A DNA stretch of 64,000 nt from positions 1,536,001 through 1,600,000 of the forward strand of contig CBDFLE010000005.1 in NCBI GenBank assembly GCA_965248925.1. The letters run 5' to 3'. Under the pieces are notes generated by a model. It ran no database searches. It saw only the letters and a program-made list of their open reading frames with translations, and was not told the origin of the DNA. Within the stretch, counting starts at the first letter, position 1. Each line of letters begins with the position of its first letter. This DNA comes from Candidatus Multivoradales bacterium. Lineage in GTDB: Bacteria > Acidobacteriota > Thermoanaerobaculia > Multivoradales > J023. The translations under genes and the position numbers were made by a program. Below are positions 1 to 12,000 of the stretch, in pieces.

Positions 1-3000
1 CCAGTAAGCTGGATCGGTCGCTTCCTCGGCCTCGATCCAAGTCCCGGTGACATTGGAGACGAAGGGGATGCGCGGCGCTTTGAGCACCATCGAAGCGACC
101 AGCTCTTCCAGATCTCGGGCGATCGGTTCCATCATGCTGGAGTGGAAAGCGTGCGAGGTCTGTAAGCGGTGGCTCTCCAAGCCACGGCCGGCGAGCTGCT
201 GCTCGAACTCTTGCAAGGCCTCTTCGGGTCCGGCGACAACACACAGCGCGGCACCGTTGACCGCCGCCAGAGAGAGCTCGCCGCTCAACCCGGCCTGGCA
301 TTCGTCCTCCGCCAGAGGCACCGCGAGCATGCCGCCGGCAGGCAACTCTTGGATCATCCGCGCCCGCAGGGCGACCAGGCAGAGGGCGTCGTCAAGGCTC
401 ATCACGCCGGCCAGACAGGCGGCGACATATTCGCCAAGACTGTAGCCAATCATCGCCTGTGGCCGTATACCCCACTCCATCCACTGCCGGGCCAACGCGT
501 ACTCGATGACGAAGACCGCTGGTTGCGCCAAATCGGTGCGGAAGATCGGCGAGGCCGCCGCTGAATCTGCCCCGTCACGGCCCAGCAAGGAGCGCAGATC
601 GGGGGCAGCCTCCGGCTCGCCATCGCTCACCGCGGCGCCAGAGAACAGCAGCGAGCGGATGTCGAGTCTGAGATAGGGACGCAGCAGCTCGGCGCACTGG
701 TTAATCGCGGCGCGGAAGGCCGACTCCTGCTGGTACAACCCGGCTCCCATGTCGACGTAGTGATCGCCAAGGCCCGGCAGTAGGAAGGTCACCGGTCGTT
801 CACTCGCTCGACTGATGCTGGTCAGCAATCGGCGCGGGGAGACCTTAGTCAGTACTTCGCGGGCATCTTCACCACTGCGACAGACCAAGATCTGCCGGTG
901 CTCCAGGCGTCGCCTGCCAACCTGCAGAGTGAAGGCGACATCGGCCAGAGGGACTTGCGGGGACTTCCCCAAATAACTTGCCAAATTCGCCGTCGCCGCC
1001 GCTAACGCACTCTCGGTCTTGGCTGACAACAGCAGCAGTTGCCAGGGTCGCGAAAGCCCGGCCTCAGCTACCGCTGGCGCCTCCTCAAGCACAAAATGTA
1101 CGTTGGTGCCACCGAGGCCGAGGGCATTGACCGCGGCCCGCCGCGGCTTACCGTTGGAGCACCATTCGCGCCCCTCGGTCTGTACGTAAAAGGGACTGGA
1201 GTCGAAGTCGATCTGCGGATTCGGGCTCTCGAAATGCAGCATCGGTGGCAGCTGCTGGTGATGGAAAGCGCAGGCCATCTTGATCAAGCTGGCGGCTCCC
1301 GAAGCACGATCCATATGGCCGACATTGGTCTTCAGCGAACCAATGCCACAGAACTGGCGTTCGGCGGTCTCACGGCGGTAGGCACGGGTCAAGGCGGTCA
1401 CCTCGATCGGGTCACCGAGCTCGGTGGCAGTTCCGTGAGCCTCGATGTACTCGATCGACTCAGCCGCCACTCCGGCATCCAGCAGCGCGGCGCTCACCGC
1501 TGCCACCTGGCCCTCGACACTCGGCGCGGTGTAACCCACCTTCAGCGACCCGTCGTTGTTCATCGCCGAGCCCTTGATCACGGTGTAGATCGTGTCGCCA
1601 TCAGCAACGGCATCGCCGAGACGCTTGAGGACCAGAATGGCGACACCATTGCTGCTCAGGGCTCCTTTGGCGCGAGCGTCGAAAGTGCGAGTGTGACCGT
1701 CATCAGACTCGATGCCGCCTTCCTGGAAGAGATAGCCCACCGCATGCGGCACCGCTATGCGGGCTCCTCCGGCCAAGGCGATATCGCACTCACCGTCTAG
1801 CAGACTGCGACGGGCCATGTGGGTAGCCACCGCCGAGGTCGAGCAGAAGGTCTGAACGGTCACACTCGGTCCGGTCAGGTTGAGCTTGTACGACACCCGC
1901 GTGGCCAGCGAGTCGTTGGTGTTGCTGATGCCGGCTTGCAAAACCATCGCCGGATTGGTCTCGGCCTGGGCGGAGCGCACCAAGTTGTTAAACAGATAGG
2001 TACTGCTGTTGGTGCCGCCGAACACGCCGATCAAACCGGCATAGCTGCCAGAGTTGTAACCGGCGTGTTCGAGAGCTTCCCAAGAACACTCGAGAAACAG
2101 CCTTTGCTGGGGATCGAGCACGCTGGCTTCCATCGGCGAGAAGCCAAAGAGCTGGGCATCGAACTGATCGATGTCGTCGATTACCGCGCTAGCCCGCACG
2201 TAGTTGGGATCGGCGAGTTCCGCGGCGCTGACTCCAGCCTGCAAAAGCTCTTCTTCGCTGAGTGCCGAGATCGACTCGACCCCCTGCACCAAGTTGCTCC
2301 AGAACTGATCGACATCGGTGGCTCCCGGGAAGCGCCCGGCCATGCCGATGATGGCGACATCATCACGCTCCACCTGCCGGCGGAGGCACTCGCGGCGGCG
2401 GCGCAGCTCACTTTCGGCGGCCGACTCGCTCTCTAACTCCTCCTCTTCGGCATTCAGCAGTCGAGCCAACGAGCGCACGGTGGGAGCCTCGTAGAGCGCC
2501 ACCGGCGACAGCTCGACATCAAGCGCACTTTTGATCTCGTTGACCACTTGCAATCCGATCAACGAGGTGCCGCCCAAGTCAAAGAAGTTGTCGTCGATGC
2601 CAACACTCTCAAGGTTGAGAACTCGCTGCCAGATGTCGCCGATCTCGCGTTCCAGCTCGCTATCGGCGGCAACGTACTCGACACCGAGAACCGGTCGCGA
2701 ATGGCTCGCCACCTGAGACTGCCGCGATTCGGCGATCGCGTCGAACATCTTGTTCACCGAAAAATCCTGGCTGCCTTCGAGCAGAGTCTGGAACTCAAGG
2801 GTCGACACCACCATGCTCGAGAGGTCTCCCGACAAGATACGCTCCACCGCTTCCATGCCCTCGGTGAAGGAGATGCCAAAGCGGCGACGGCTTTCACGGA
2901 AGAACTCCTGCGCTTCCTGGTGGAAGCCCTCGAGTCCCTGCGACCAACTGTCCCACTGCCACTCACCCCAGGCGATCGCGGCCACTCGCCGATGGCGCGA

Positions 3001-6000
3001 AGGCAGTAGGGCGTAACTGTCGAGAAAGGCGTTGGCGGCGGCGTAGTCCACTTGCCCAGGGCCACCGCCAGTGATTCCCGAGGTCGAGGAGAAGAGCAGC
3101 AGGAAATCCAACGGCGGGGCGGTGGACAAAGCCTCTTCGAGGGCCAAGACGCCCTGCACTTTGGGGGCCAGAATCTCGGCCGATAATTGCCGGGTTTTCA
3201 GCTGCACGAGACCCTGCGGCGGAACTGCCGCGGTGTGAATAACTCCGTGGATCGCGCCAAAGTGCTCCAGCGCCTCTGCCACCGCCGCGCCGATCGCCCG
3301 CTGATCGGCGACATCGGCGCTCAGCGCCAGGACCTCGGCACCGGCCGCTTCGAGCGCCAGCACTCCGCGCAGCTTGCGCGCCAGGTCGGTGTCGGTATCT
3401 GCCGCGGCCACAAGCAGCGGCCATTCCTCCCGCGGCGGCAGGGTCGAACGTCCGAGCAACACCAAACGGGCACCTACGCTCCTAAAGAGATGCTCGGCAA
3501 GCGCCATGGCGATGCCACCGAGACCGCCGGTGATCAAATAGACACCCTCGCGACGCCAGGAAGGGCAACCATCCGTCGGCACCGCGGTCGACTGCCTCTC
3601 GTACCGTCGCAGCCAGCGCTCGGCCGAGCGTATAGCCACGATCTGGTCGGCGGGCTCGCCTGCCCTGATCTCCGCAGCCAGCAGAGCGGCGAGGGCCGGA
3701 ACCGCTGGGGCTGCTGGATCGGCGAAATCCGCCAAGGCCACGTCGATCATCCGACAGCTGATGTTCTCGTGCTCCTGGGGAATCACCTTGCACGGCCCCA
3801 TCAACGCTGCCTTGACCGGCTCGACCAAGTCACCTTCCAGCACTCGGAACTGCCGGTTGGAGACCAGCACCAGATCGACGTTCTCAAAACCACCCCGATC
3901 AGCCAACGTCTGGGTTAACAGGATGACGCCATGGAAACCCAAATCGAGGCCCGCTGCGACCTCGGCAACCTCGGCCGGCTGCTGACTTGCCGCCGTAACA
4001 CTCCACAGATGGATAACCCCGCAAGGCACCTGGTGGCCAGTGAGCAGCCGCTCGTAGTCGGCCCGGCGGCCAGGATTGATGGCGTAGGATCCTTCGGCGT
4101 GGCGGATGAAACGATCGCCGGCCGCGACCGTCACCACCTCCTCGCCGACTTCGCGAAGTTGCTCAGCCAGGGCCAATCCCAGACCTTGACCGTCGATCAT
4201 GACCCACCACGGCCGCCCCTCGCCGGACCCCGCGGCGGGCTCAGGAGACGGCAGGGCAAGGCTGTCAACAGCACCAGCGGAGGTCCGCGGCAGGGCTTTC
4301 AGCAGCACCACGGCAGGCACGCTCTGCTCCTCGGACAGCTGCTCGCGGAGGCCGTTTTCGAGGGCACCGACCAAGGTCGCATCCTCCACCTTGGCGACGG
4401 CACGGAGAAAGGCCCGCCGTTGACGATGGCGAATGCTGGGAGCGGGCTCGGGCAGGTCGCGAATGGCGAACAAATTGTAGAGCACCGAGCCTTTGAGCAG
4501 CGGGTCCTGCTCGATAACCACTTGGAATCCACGCTCCTGTAGCAACCGCTCGATCTGTTCCAAGCGACCCTCCAGGTCGTGCACCTCGATGACGATCTGG
4601 CGGATCAATTTCCAATGCTCCTCACGCAAGCCGGCCAGCACCTCGAGCTCTGCTTTCTGCACGTCGATCTTCAGCAGATCAATACAGCCGACCTCGCACT
4701 CGTCGATCACATCCGAGAGCACCCGCAGGCGACATTCGAAAGTCTCACTACGGAAGCGCTCTTCGAGCAGGCCGTCGGCGAAACCCAACAACTCGCCAAC
4801 CCCCTTGATGCCGGCATCGCGCTCGCGCTCCATCATCAACTTGAGAATCTCTTTCTCTTCTTCCTTGTCGGCGTGAAAGGAGGACATTCCCGAACTTTTG
4901 GGATAGAAAGTGAACTCGGCCATCGCCGCACGATCGGCGATGCCAAAATTGAACAATCGGGCATTCACCTGATTGAGAGCGATATTGAGACGCAGCTTGT
5001 CGAACAACGGCGGCGCCGGCTCAAAGGCATAGATCAGAGGGTCTTTGCAGGCTTGGTGGGCAAAGAGGGTGAAGGAACCAATGTTGGCGCCAACATCAAA
5101 CACGCACGCTCCGTCGCGCAGCTCGATGCCATTGCGGCGGTAGATCTCCTTCTCGAAGATATCCTCATAGAAGTGCTCCGCCTCGGTCTGGCCCTGGCAA
5201 ACCACCTCCATGCCGTTGGGCCAGGTCTGCACCCGCTCCCCTTCGACCACGGCAGCAGGTAGTTCGGTCGGTACCACGTAGGCCACCAGACTCTCGCCGG
5301 CGCCGCGAGGCTCGGTGTGAACCTCACGGACGCCTGACTGGGCGAGCAGCAGCGCCGTCACCTGCTGCTCTCGCTCACCGCTCCCGACCACCACCTCGGC
5401 CGAATCGGCGGCGCTGTCCTCGGCCTCTTCGCGATGCCACACCGGGGCGTAGAACCAGTCGTCATAGGCCTCCTTGTGCAGGTCGGCAAGGTGGCGCTCG
5501 ATCACCGAACTCTGTGGCGCGGCCTTGGCGCTGGTCTGGAGCCAATAGCTCTGGCGCTCGAAGGGGTAGCCAGGCAGCGGTATGCGGCCGCGTTGCAAAC
5601 GGTGGGTCGCTGCCCAGTCGACCGCGACACCGGTCATCCACAGCCGACCCATGCTAGCGAGCAAGAAGGCTCGATCCGGCTGCCGGTTGTACAAGGCCCG
5701 CAGGGTCGATGCGGTCCGCGCGCCGCGCGCCGCATCACACTCGGGATGCTGTTTGGCGAAGGAGATTAGGGATTGGCCTGGTCCGACTTCCACCAGTGTC
5801 GAGTCGCTGCTCAGGAGTTGGCCAAGACCGTCGCTGAATCTCACCGTCTCGCAGAGATGGCGGATCCAGTAGCTCGGGTCGACCGCTTCTTCAGGTCGGA
5901 TCCAGGTGCCGGTGACATTCGACACGTAGGGAATCTGTGGCGCGGCGAGTTCGAAACTCTCGATCAGCTCTCGTAACGGCGTGGCGATCGCCGCCATCAT

Positions 6001-9000
6001 CGGCGAATGGGCGGCGATCGAACCGGCCAGGCGGCGGTAGACCACCCCCCGCTGCTGCAACTCCACCTCGAGCACCACGACCGCCTCGAGCGGTCCGGAA
6101 ACCACCTGCAAGCTGGGACCGTTGACCACCGCGATGACCAGGTCGTCACCGAGCAGCGGCTCGAGCTCCGCGGCAGGCAAGGGTACGGCGACCATGGCGC
6201 CGGGAGGCAGCTCATCGATCAAACGCGCCCGGCGGCAAACCAGGGTCAGGGCATCTTCCAGGGTGATGACTCCGGCCAGGCAGGCGGCCACGTACTCACC
6301 CAAGCTGTAGCCGAGAAGGGCCTGCGGACGCACCCCCCAGTCGAACAGCAGGTGGGCCATCGCATAGTCGATCACGAACACCATCAAGTGAGCAAAGACG
6401 GTGCTCTGCTGCTGGCCATCGCCAAGGTCCGCGCCCCGCACTCGCAACATATTCCGCATGTCGAGCTTGGTGGAGCGCTCACCCTCGGGCTCACTGTCTT
6501 CAGCAACATCGGAAAAGAGCTGATCGCGCAAGTCAGAGCCGAGTTCGTCGCGGAGCAGCTCGCAACACCTATCGACGGTGCGGCGAAAAGCGGGCTCTTG
6601 GCGATAGAGTCCCAAACCCATGTCCGGGTAGTGATCGCCGACCCCAGGCAATAGAAAGCTCACCTGGCGGTCACGACGAACCTCAGCATGGGTTTCCAGC
6701 CGGCTGCCATCTGCCAAACCGGCGACGGCATCTTTGAGATCTAGGGCCACTAAGGCTCGGCGGTGCTCAAAAAGGCGGCGGCCGGCTTGCAAGGTGTAGG
6801 CGAGATCACCGAGCTCGACAGTGGGACGGCTTTCCAGGTATTGGCCTAGGTTGCTGGTGGCCTGTTCGAGAGCGGCCGCGGTGCGGGCCGAAAGCACCAA
6901 CAATTGCCACTCTCTCGAGGGGTTCTCGGCCGCTGGCGGCGCCTCCTCAAGAATCATGTGGACGTTGGTGCCACCGACTCCGAGGCTACTCACCCCGGCC
7001 CGTCGTCTGCCCTTCGCCGGTGCCGGCCAAAGCTGCAACTCAGTGCTGATATAGAACGGGCTACCGTCGAGACCGAGTTTTGGATTGGCTTGCTCGAAGT
7101 GCAGGGTCGGCGGTAGGCATTGGTGCTCGAGGGCCAACACCACCTTGATCAAGCTGGCGACTCCGGCGGCCCGATCCAGGTGCCCGACGTTAGCCTTCAC
7201 CGATCCCAAGGCGCAGAAACTCTGGTCGCTGGTGTGCTGGCGAAAAGCTCGGCTGAGGGCGATCACCTCGATCGGATCACCGAGCGGCGTGGCGGTGCCG
7301 TGGGCCTCGACCAACTGCAAGCTGTCCGCGCTGACCGCCGCTTGGTCCAGCGCCCGCTGCACCACCGCGGTCTGAGCATCGACGCTGGGAGCGGTGTAGC
7401 CGATCTTCAGCGAGCCGTCGTTGTTGATCGCCGAGCCCTTGATCACCGCGCGGATGTTGTCGCCGTCGGCGACAGCGTCTTCGAGACGCTTGAGCACCAG
7501 CAGGCCGACCCCTTCGCCGAACACCGTGCCGGTGCCACGGGCATCAAAACAACGGGTGTGGCCATCGTCGGAGACGTACTCCCCCTGGGTGAAGCTGTAG
7601 CCCGTCTTCTGCGGAACGTGCAGCGAAACACCTCCGGCCAGCGCCATATCGGCTTCGCCGTCGAGCAAGGTGCGCACCGCGAGATGGATCGCCACGGCCG
7701 AGGTGGAACAGAAAGTCTGCACCGTGAAACTCGGCCCCGTGAGGTTCAGCTTGTAAGACACCCGGGTGGCCAGCGAATCTCGGTCATTGGCGATCGAGGC
7801 CTCCAAACCCACCATCCAGCGCAGGATCTCCGGATCCTGGAGGTGGCCCATCAAGTAGGTGCTGATATTCGATCCACCAAAGACCGCCACCCGGCCGTCG
7901 CAGCGCAGCGAGTCATAGCCGGCGTTCTCCAGCGCTTGCCAGGAACACTCCAGAAAGAGCCGGTGCTGCGGATCGGTGTAGGTGGCCTCGCGCGGGCTGA
8001 AACCAAAGAACTCAGCGTCGAACAGATCGGAGTCTTCGAGAATCGGCCGTGCAGCGACGTAGTCTTCGCGACCATAGTCGGCCGGGTCGACACCTGCCTC
8101 GGCCAGTTCTTCCTCAGTAAAGTAGGAGACCGACTCCACCCCATCGCGGAGGTTGCGCCAGAACTCCTCGGCGTCGCGAGCGCCGGGAAAACGACAGCTC
8201 AAGCCGATGATGGCGATGGCACCGCTGCCGCCCCCCGGGGGCGTACGAGGACGCGGCGTGGCTTCTTGCAGCGGCTTGCTGGGGCCGGTTTGGGCAGCCA
8301 AGCGTTTGGCCAGCTCGGTGATTGTCGGCGCTTCGAACAGAAACACCGGCGAGAGCTGCACCTCGAGCTCTTTCTGCAGCTCCGAAACCACCTGGATGGC
8401 GGTCAAAGAGGTGCCCCCGAGATCGAAATAGTTGTCGTCGATACCGATCTTGTCAATGCCCAGACTGCGCTGCCAGACCTCGACGATCTTCGCCTCCAGA
8501 TGGTCGCTCGGCGGCATGTAGGCGCTCTGTAGATTGGGGCGCGAATACACCGCCGTCGGGCGATTCGCCGCCGTCGGGTCGGCGCCCCCGCGGCGCTCGA
8601 CCCAGAGTTCGAGGCGAGCCTGTAGGTCGCCGGTAGAATTGACCACTTGGGGTCCCGGTAGAGCGCTGACCAGGCGCTCGAAAGCCGCCACACCTTCACT
8701 CGGCGACATCTCAAACTCGGCGATGGTCTTGCCGATCACCTGATGCTGGGATGGGCTGAGCTGCCAGGTATCCCAAGCGACCGCCAGCCAAGGCGAGAGA
8801 CCTCCACCGCGCTGACGGCTCAGGCAGAAGGAATCCATGAAGGCATTGGCGGCGGCGTAAGCAACTAACCCAAGGCCGCCCAAGACCGTCGACAACGAAG
8901 ACATCAGCAAACAGAAGTCGAGTTCGCGCCCAGCCAAGATCTCATCCAGGACCCGCAGACCGTCGATCTTGGGGCGGAAATGCCATTCCGCTTGCTGACG

Positions 9001-12000
9001 CGTGATGTCCTGAATCACCCCAAAGGCCGCCGGGTCGGAAATGCCGGCGGCGTGAATGACCCCATGCAACTCGCCAAACTCATCCAGCAGACGAGCCAGG
9101 ACCTCCTCCATGCCCTGTTTGTCGGCAACGTCGGCGGCAAGCACCAGCACCTTGGCACCGCACTCCTCGAGCCGGCGTACCAGGCGGATCTTCTCGCTCA
9201 GCGCGTTGTCTGCTCCATGTTCGCTGAGATACTCGTCCCAATCCCCAACCGGCGGCAGCACCGAGCGCCCGACCAGCACCAGCCGTGCTTGGTAAGTGCT
9301 GGCCAGATGATCGGCCAGCACTCGGGCGACGCCACCGAGACCGCCGGTGATCAGATAGACCCCATGGTGGCGGAGATTGACCTCGCCAGCAGCCGCGGCC
9401 GGTACTTGGAGAGGAGTAAATTCCAAGCGGAAGCGCTGGCCACCGCGCCAGGCCACCCGCCCCTGGCCAACCGCTCCGGCGGCGGTGACCTCGGCGCAGA
9501 ACTCTTGGAGACGCGGCCCGTCGGCGGCTAGCTCGGCGGCTACCACGTCGATGCTGCGGCAGCGCAGGGTCGGAAATTCCTGCGGGATGATCTGGGTCGG
9601 GCCCAGCAACGTCGCCTTGGCCGGCAGCAGCCGGTCGCTGTCGAAGACCCGGTGCAGCCGATCGGAAATCACCATCATGTCGAGCGAGGTGGTCAAATAG
9701 TGGCCACCGAAAGTCTGCGCCAGGTGGATCAAGCTGAAATAGCCAAGTTCTTGCAGAGCCTGCGGCTCGACCGGATTGTCGCCGGTGACCGTCCACAGAT
9801 GCAGCAGCCGGCTCGGCAGCTGATCACGCTCTTTCAGTCCGCGGCACAAGCGCTTGTAGTGGTCGCGACGGCCCGGTTGAAGGGTCCAGGCAGCACCGTC
9901 CTGGCCACTGGAAAAATCATCAGCAGCCTCGACCAAGACCACTTCCCGGCCAGACTCCTGCAAGGCGCCGGCAACCCGTCCCCCGATACCGAGCCGATCG
10001 CAAAAGATCAGCCAACGTTCGCCGCGGGCTGGCGCCGAGAACCTGGGCACACTGGCGGCTTGCCATGCGGGCAGATAGAACCAGTCGGCGATCTGCGACT
10101 TCTTGCCCGCGCCGGTGGACGGCGTGACCGCGGCCGTCGCAGCTGGCGGCACCCAATAGCTGACGTTGTCGAAGGCATAGGTCGGCAATGCCAGCCGGCG
10201 GCGGCGCTCGCCGCCGTAGAATTTGACCCAGTCGACTTCGACCCCGGCCAGCCACAACTTGCCCACCGTGGTCAGCAGGAAGGCCGAGTCGTCGAGCTGC
10301 CGCAACAGGCCATGGGAAACGGTGGCCAACACCACCCGCTCGCCGCTCGCCTCACGATCCGGATGCTGCCGCACGAAGGAGCCCAGGGACTGGCCCGGCC
10401 CGACTTCGAGCAGCACCGCGTTGTCCCGCTGAAGGATCTCGTCCAGACCCTGCGCGAATCGCACCGTCTGGCAGAGGTGACGCCCCCAGTAGGCGGGATC
10501 GGTCGCCTCGTCATCGGTAATCCAGGTACCGGTAGCATTGGCAACGTACGGAACCCGCGGCGGCTTGAGTTCGAAGGTTCCGAGCAGTGCCTCGAGTTCT
10601 TTTGCCACCGGCTTCATCATCGACGAATGAACCGCTCGCGAAGTCTGCAACCGGCGGCAGGCGACCTGCCTATTGTTCAGCAGTGACTCCAGGGCGTTGA
10701 TCGCCGATTCGGGACCCGAAACCACCCCCATCGCCGGACCGTTGATCACCGCCAGACTCAATTCGTCACCCAGCAAGGCCTCGATCTCGGCGGTCGGCAG
10801 CGGCAGCGCAAGCATTGCCCCCGGGGGCTGCTCTTCGATCAACTGTGCCCGACGAACGGTCAAGGCGAGGGCATCTCTCAACTCCAGCACGCCGGCGATG
10901 CAGGCGGCGGCGTATTCGCCCAGGCTGTGGCCGATCAACGCCGTCGGCACCAGCCCCCAACTTTCCAACAAACGGGCCAGGGCAATCTCGACGACGATGA
11001 TCGCCGAGTGGGTGAGGGCCATATTGCCGAAGGTCTCTACCGCCGGCTCGGCCGGGCCATCCCCTCCTCTTGCCAACTGGCGAAAGTCCGGCCGAGCCGG
11101 TGCCTCGGCCCCAGCACTAGGGAACAACACCGGGCGCAGATCCTGGCCCAAGAGGGGGAGCAACAGCTCGGCACACTTGTCGACCTGACGCTGAAACACC
11201 GGTTCGCTAGCGTAGAGGCCGGCGGTCATTCCGGGGAATTGATCACCGACGCCGGGGAAGAGAAAGACCACCTCGCGGTCGCGATGCTCTTGGTACGCAG
11301 TCAGCAGCCGACTCGGCTCCGCCCCACCGAGACAGGCCACCGCATCGCCAAGATCCTGGCACACCGCAATCCGCCGGTGGTTGAAGGCACTGCGGCCGAG
11401 GTGCAGGGTGTGGGCGACATCGGCCAGATCGAACTCGGGATGGGCGCTGAGGTGATCGCGCAGCCGCTGACCCGCTGCGGTGAGAGCGGTATCGGTCTTG
11501 CTCGATAGAGCGACCAGCTGCCAGGGTCGTGGTGAAGGGGTCGCGGGGGTGCGCGGCGGCGCCTCCTCCAACACGACGTGAGCGTTGGTCCCCCCCAAGC
11601 CAAAAGAGTTGACCCCCGCCCGGCGCGGCGCACCGGCAGTGGTCCACGGTTTGGTCGTGGTGTTGACATAGAACGGCGAGGCATCCCAGTCGGCGTCCGG
11701 GTTGGGATTCTCGAAATGCAGACTGGGTGGGATCTCGCGATGATTCAATGCCTGCGCTGCGCAGATCAAGCCGGTGACCCCGGAGGCTCGATCCATATGC
11801 CCGATACTGGTCTTGATCGAAGACAGAGCACACTTCTGCCGGCCCTGCACCTCGCCGAAAGCCCGCATCAGGGCTGCGATCTCGATCGAATCTCCCAGCT
11901 GGGTTCCAGTGCCGTGAGCCTCGATGTAGGAAATGGTCGCCGGATCGACCTCGGCATTGGCCAGTGCTTCGGCGATGACCGCGCTCTGGCCGCGCAGGCC

